Source: Candidatus Omnitrophota bacterium (GTDB lineage Bacteria > Omnitrophota > Gorgyraeia > 1-14-0-20-64-10). From it: a DNA stretch of 57,191 nt. The translations under genes and the position numbers were made by a program. Each line of letters starts with the position of its first letter. The stretch's first letter is position 1. The stretch is from assembly GCA_023248155.1 (NCBI GenBank), contig JAHFFE010000002.1, positions 197,673 through 254,863 of the forward strand, given 5' to 3'. This document shows positions 57,136 through 57,191 of this stretch, one piece after another. The notes beneath the pieces are model-generated. The model saw only the letters and a program-made list of their open reading frames with translations. It had not been told where the DNA came from and made no database searches.

Positions 57136-57191
57136 TGTAGCTTTTAGTTTCCTTCGCCGTGAGAAGCGGGATGCTCGGCCAGCTTGTTCAT

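Noticed and set aside
57141-57191. Possible minus-strand gene start at the right window edge (ATG at 57189-57191)
   Set aside because: Reading leftwards gives only about 15 codons (MNKLAEHPASHGEGN) before a stop, which is not a credible gene.

Overview
This is a 57.2-kb stretch of a moderately GC-rich bacterial chromosome, and only two annotated genes lie on the minus strand. Most of it is tightly packed housekeeping DNA. In order it carries recG (3' part)-rsmD-coaD-yceD-rpmF-plsX-fabH-fabD-acpP-fabF-fabI, then smc. A long translationally coupled operon follows: transaldolase-like, ribBA, ribH, nusB, a PHP phosphoesterase, ribD, an ankyrin protein, ribE, a nuclease and a PEGA/HEAT lipoprotein. 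After that come tRNA-Pro, sodC-acyP-ligA-xerD, tRNA-Arg, rbfA-nrnA-truB-ribF, rpsO-pnp, ftsK, a rodZ-like gene, rimO, pgsA-pgpA and thpR. Two things are not ordinary. (1) Two loci encode orphan giant proteins with Sec-type signal peptides: 27865-38735 (2,081 aa + 1,542 aa) and 50789-54331 (1,180 aa), the latter followed by two tandem Pro-rich acidic paralogues. The three giants share a leader, A-x-A|LR(A)V...SG[LQ]EE. They also share a pentapeptide, [SA]G[LQM]EE, that recurs nine times exactly at module boundaries, and the modules it separates are cytoplasmic-type domains (WD40, S1/OB-like repeats, HEAT, cupins, a 2-hydroxyacid-dehydrogenase-like NAD domain). I know of no described system with this organisation, and it is my main candidate for novelty. 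(2) Three families of structured intergenic repeats show compensatory base changes between copies. One is a 282-nt element in the leaders of the transaldolase-like/rib operon and of sodC. The second is a 220-330-nt element after ribF and upstream of thpR. The third is a ~70-nt two-hairpin element. All domain calls come from motif recognition by eye. Hand-derived coordinates (RNAs, repeats, motifs) were anchored to ORF-track coordinates but may be off by 1-2 nt.
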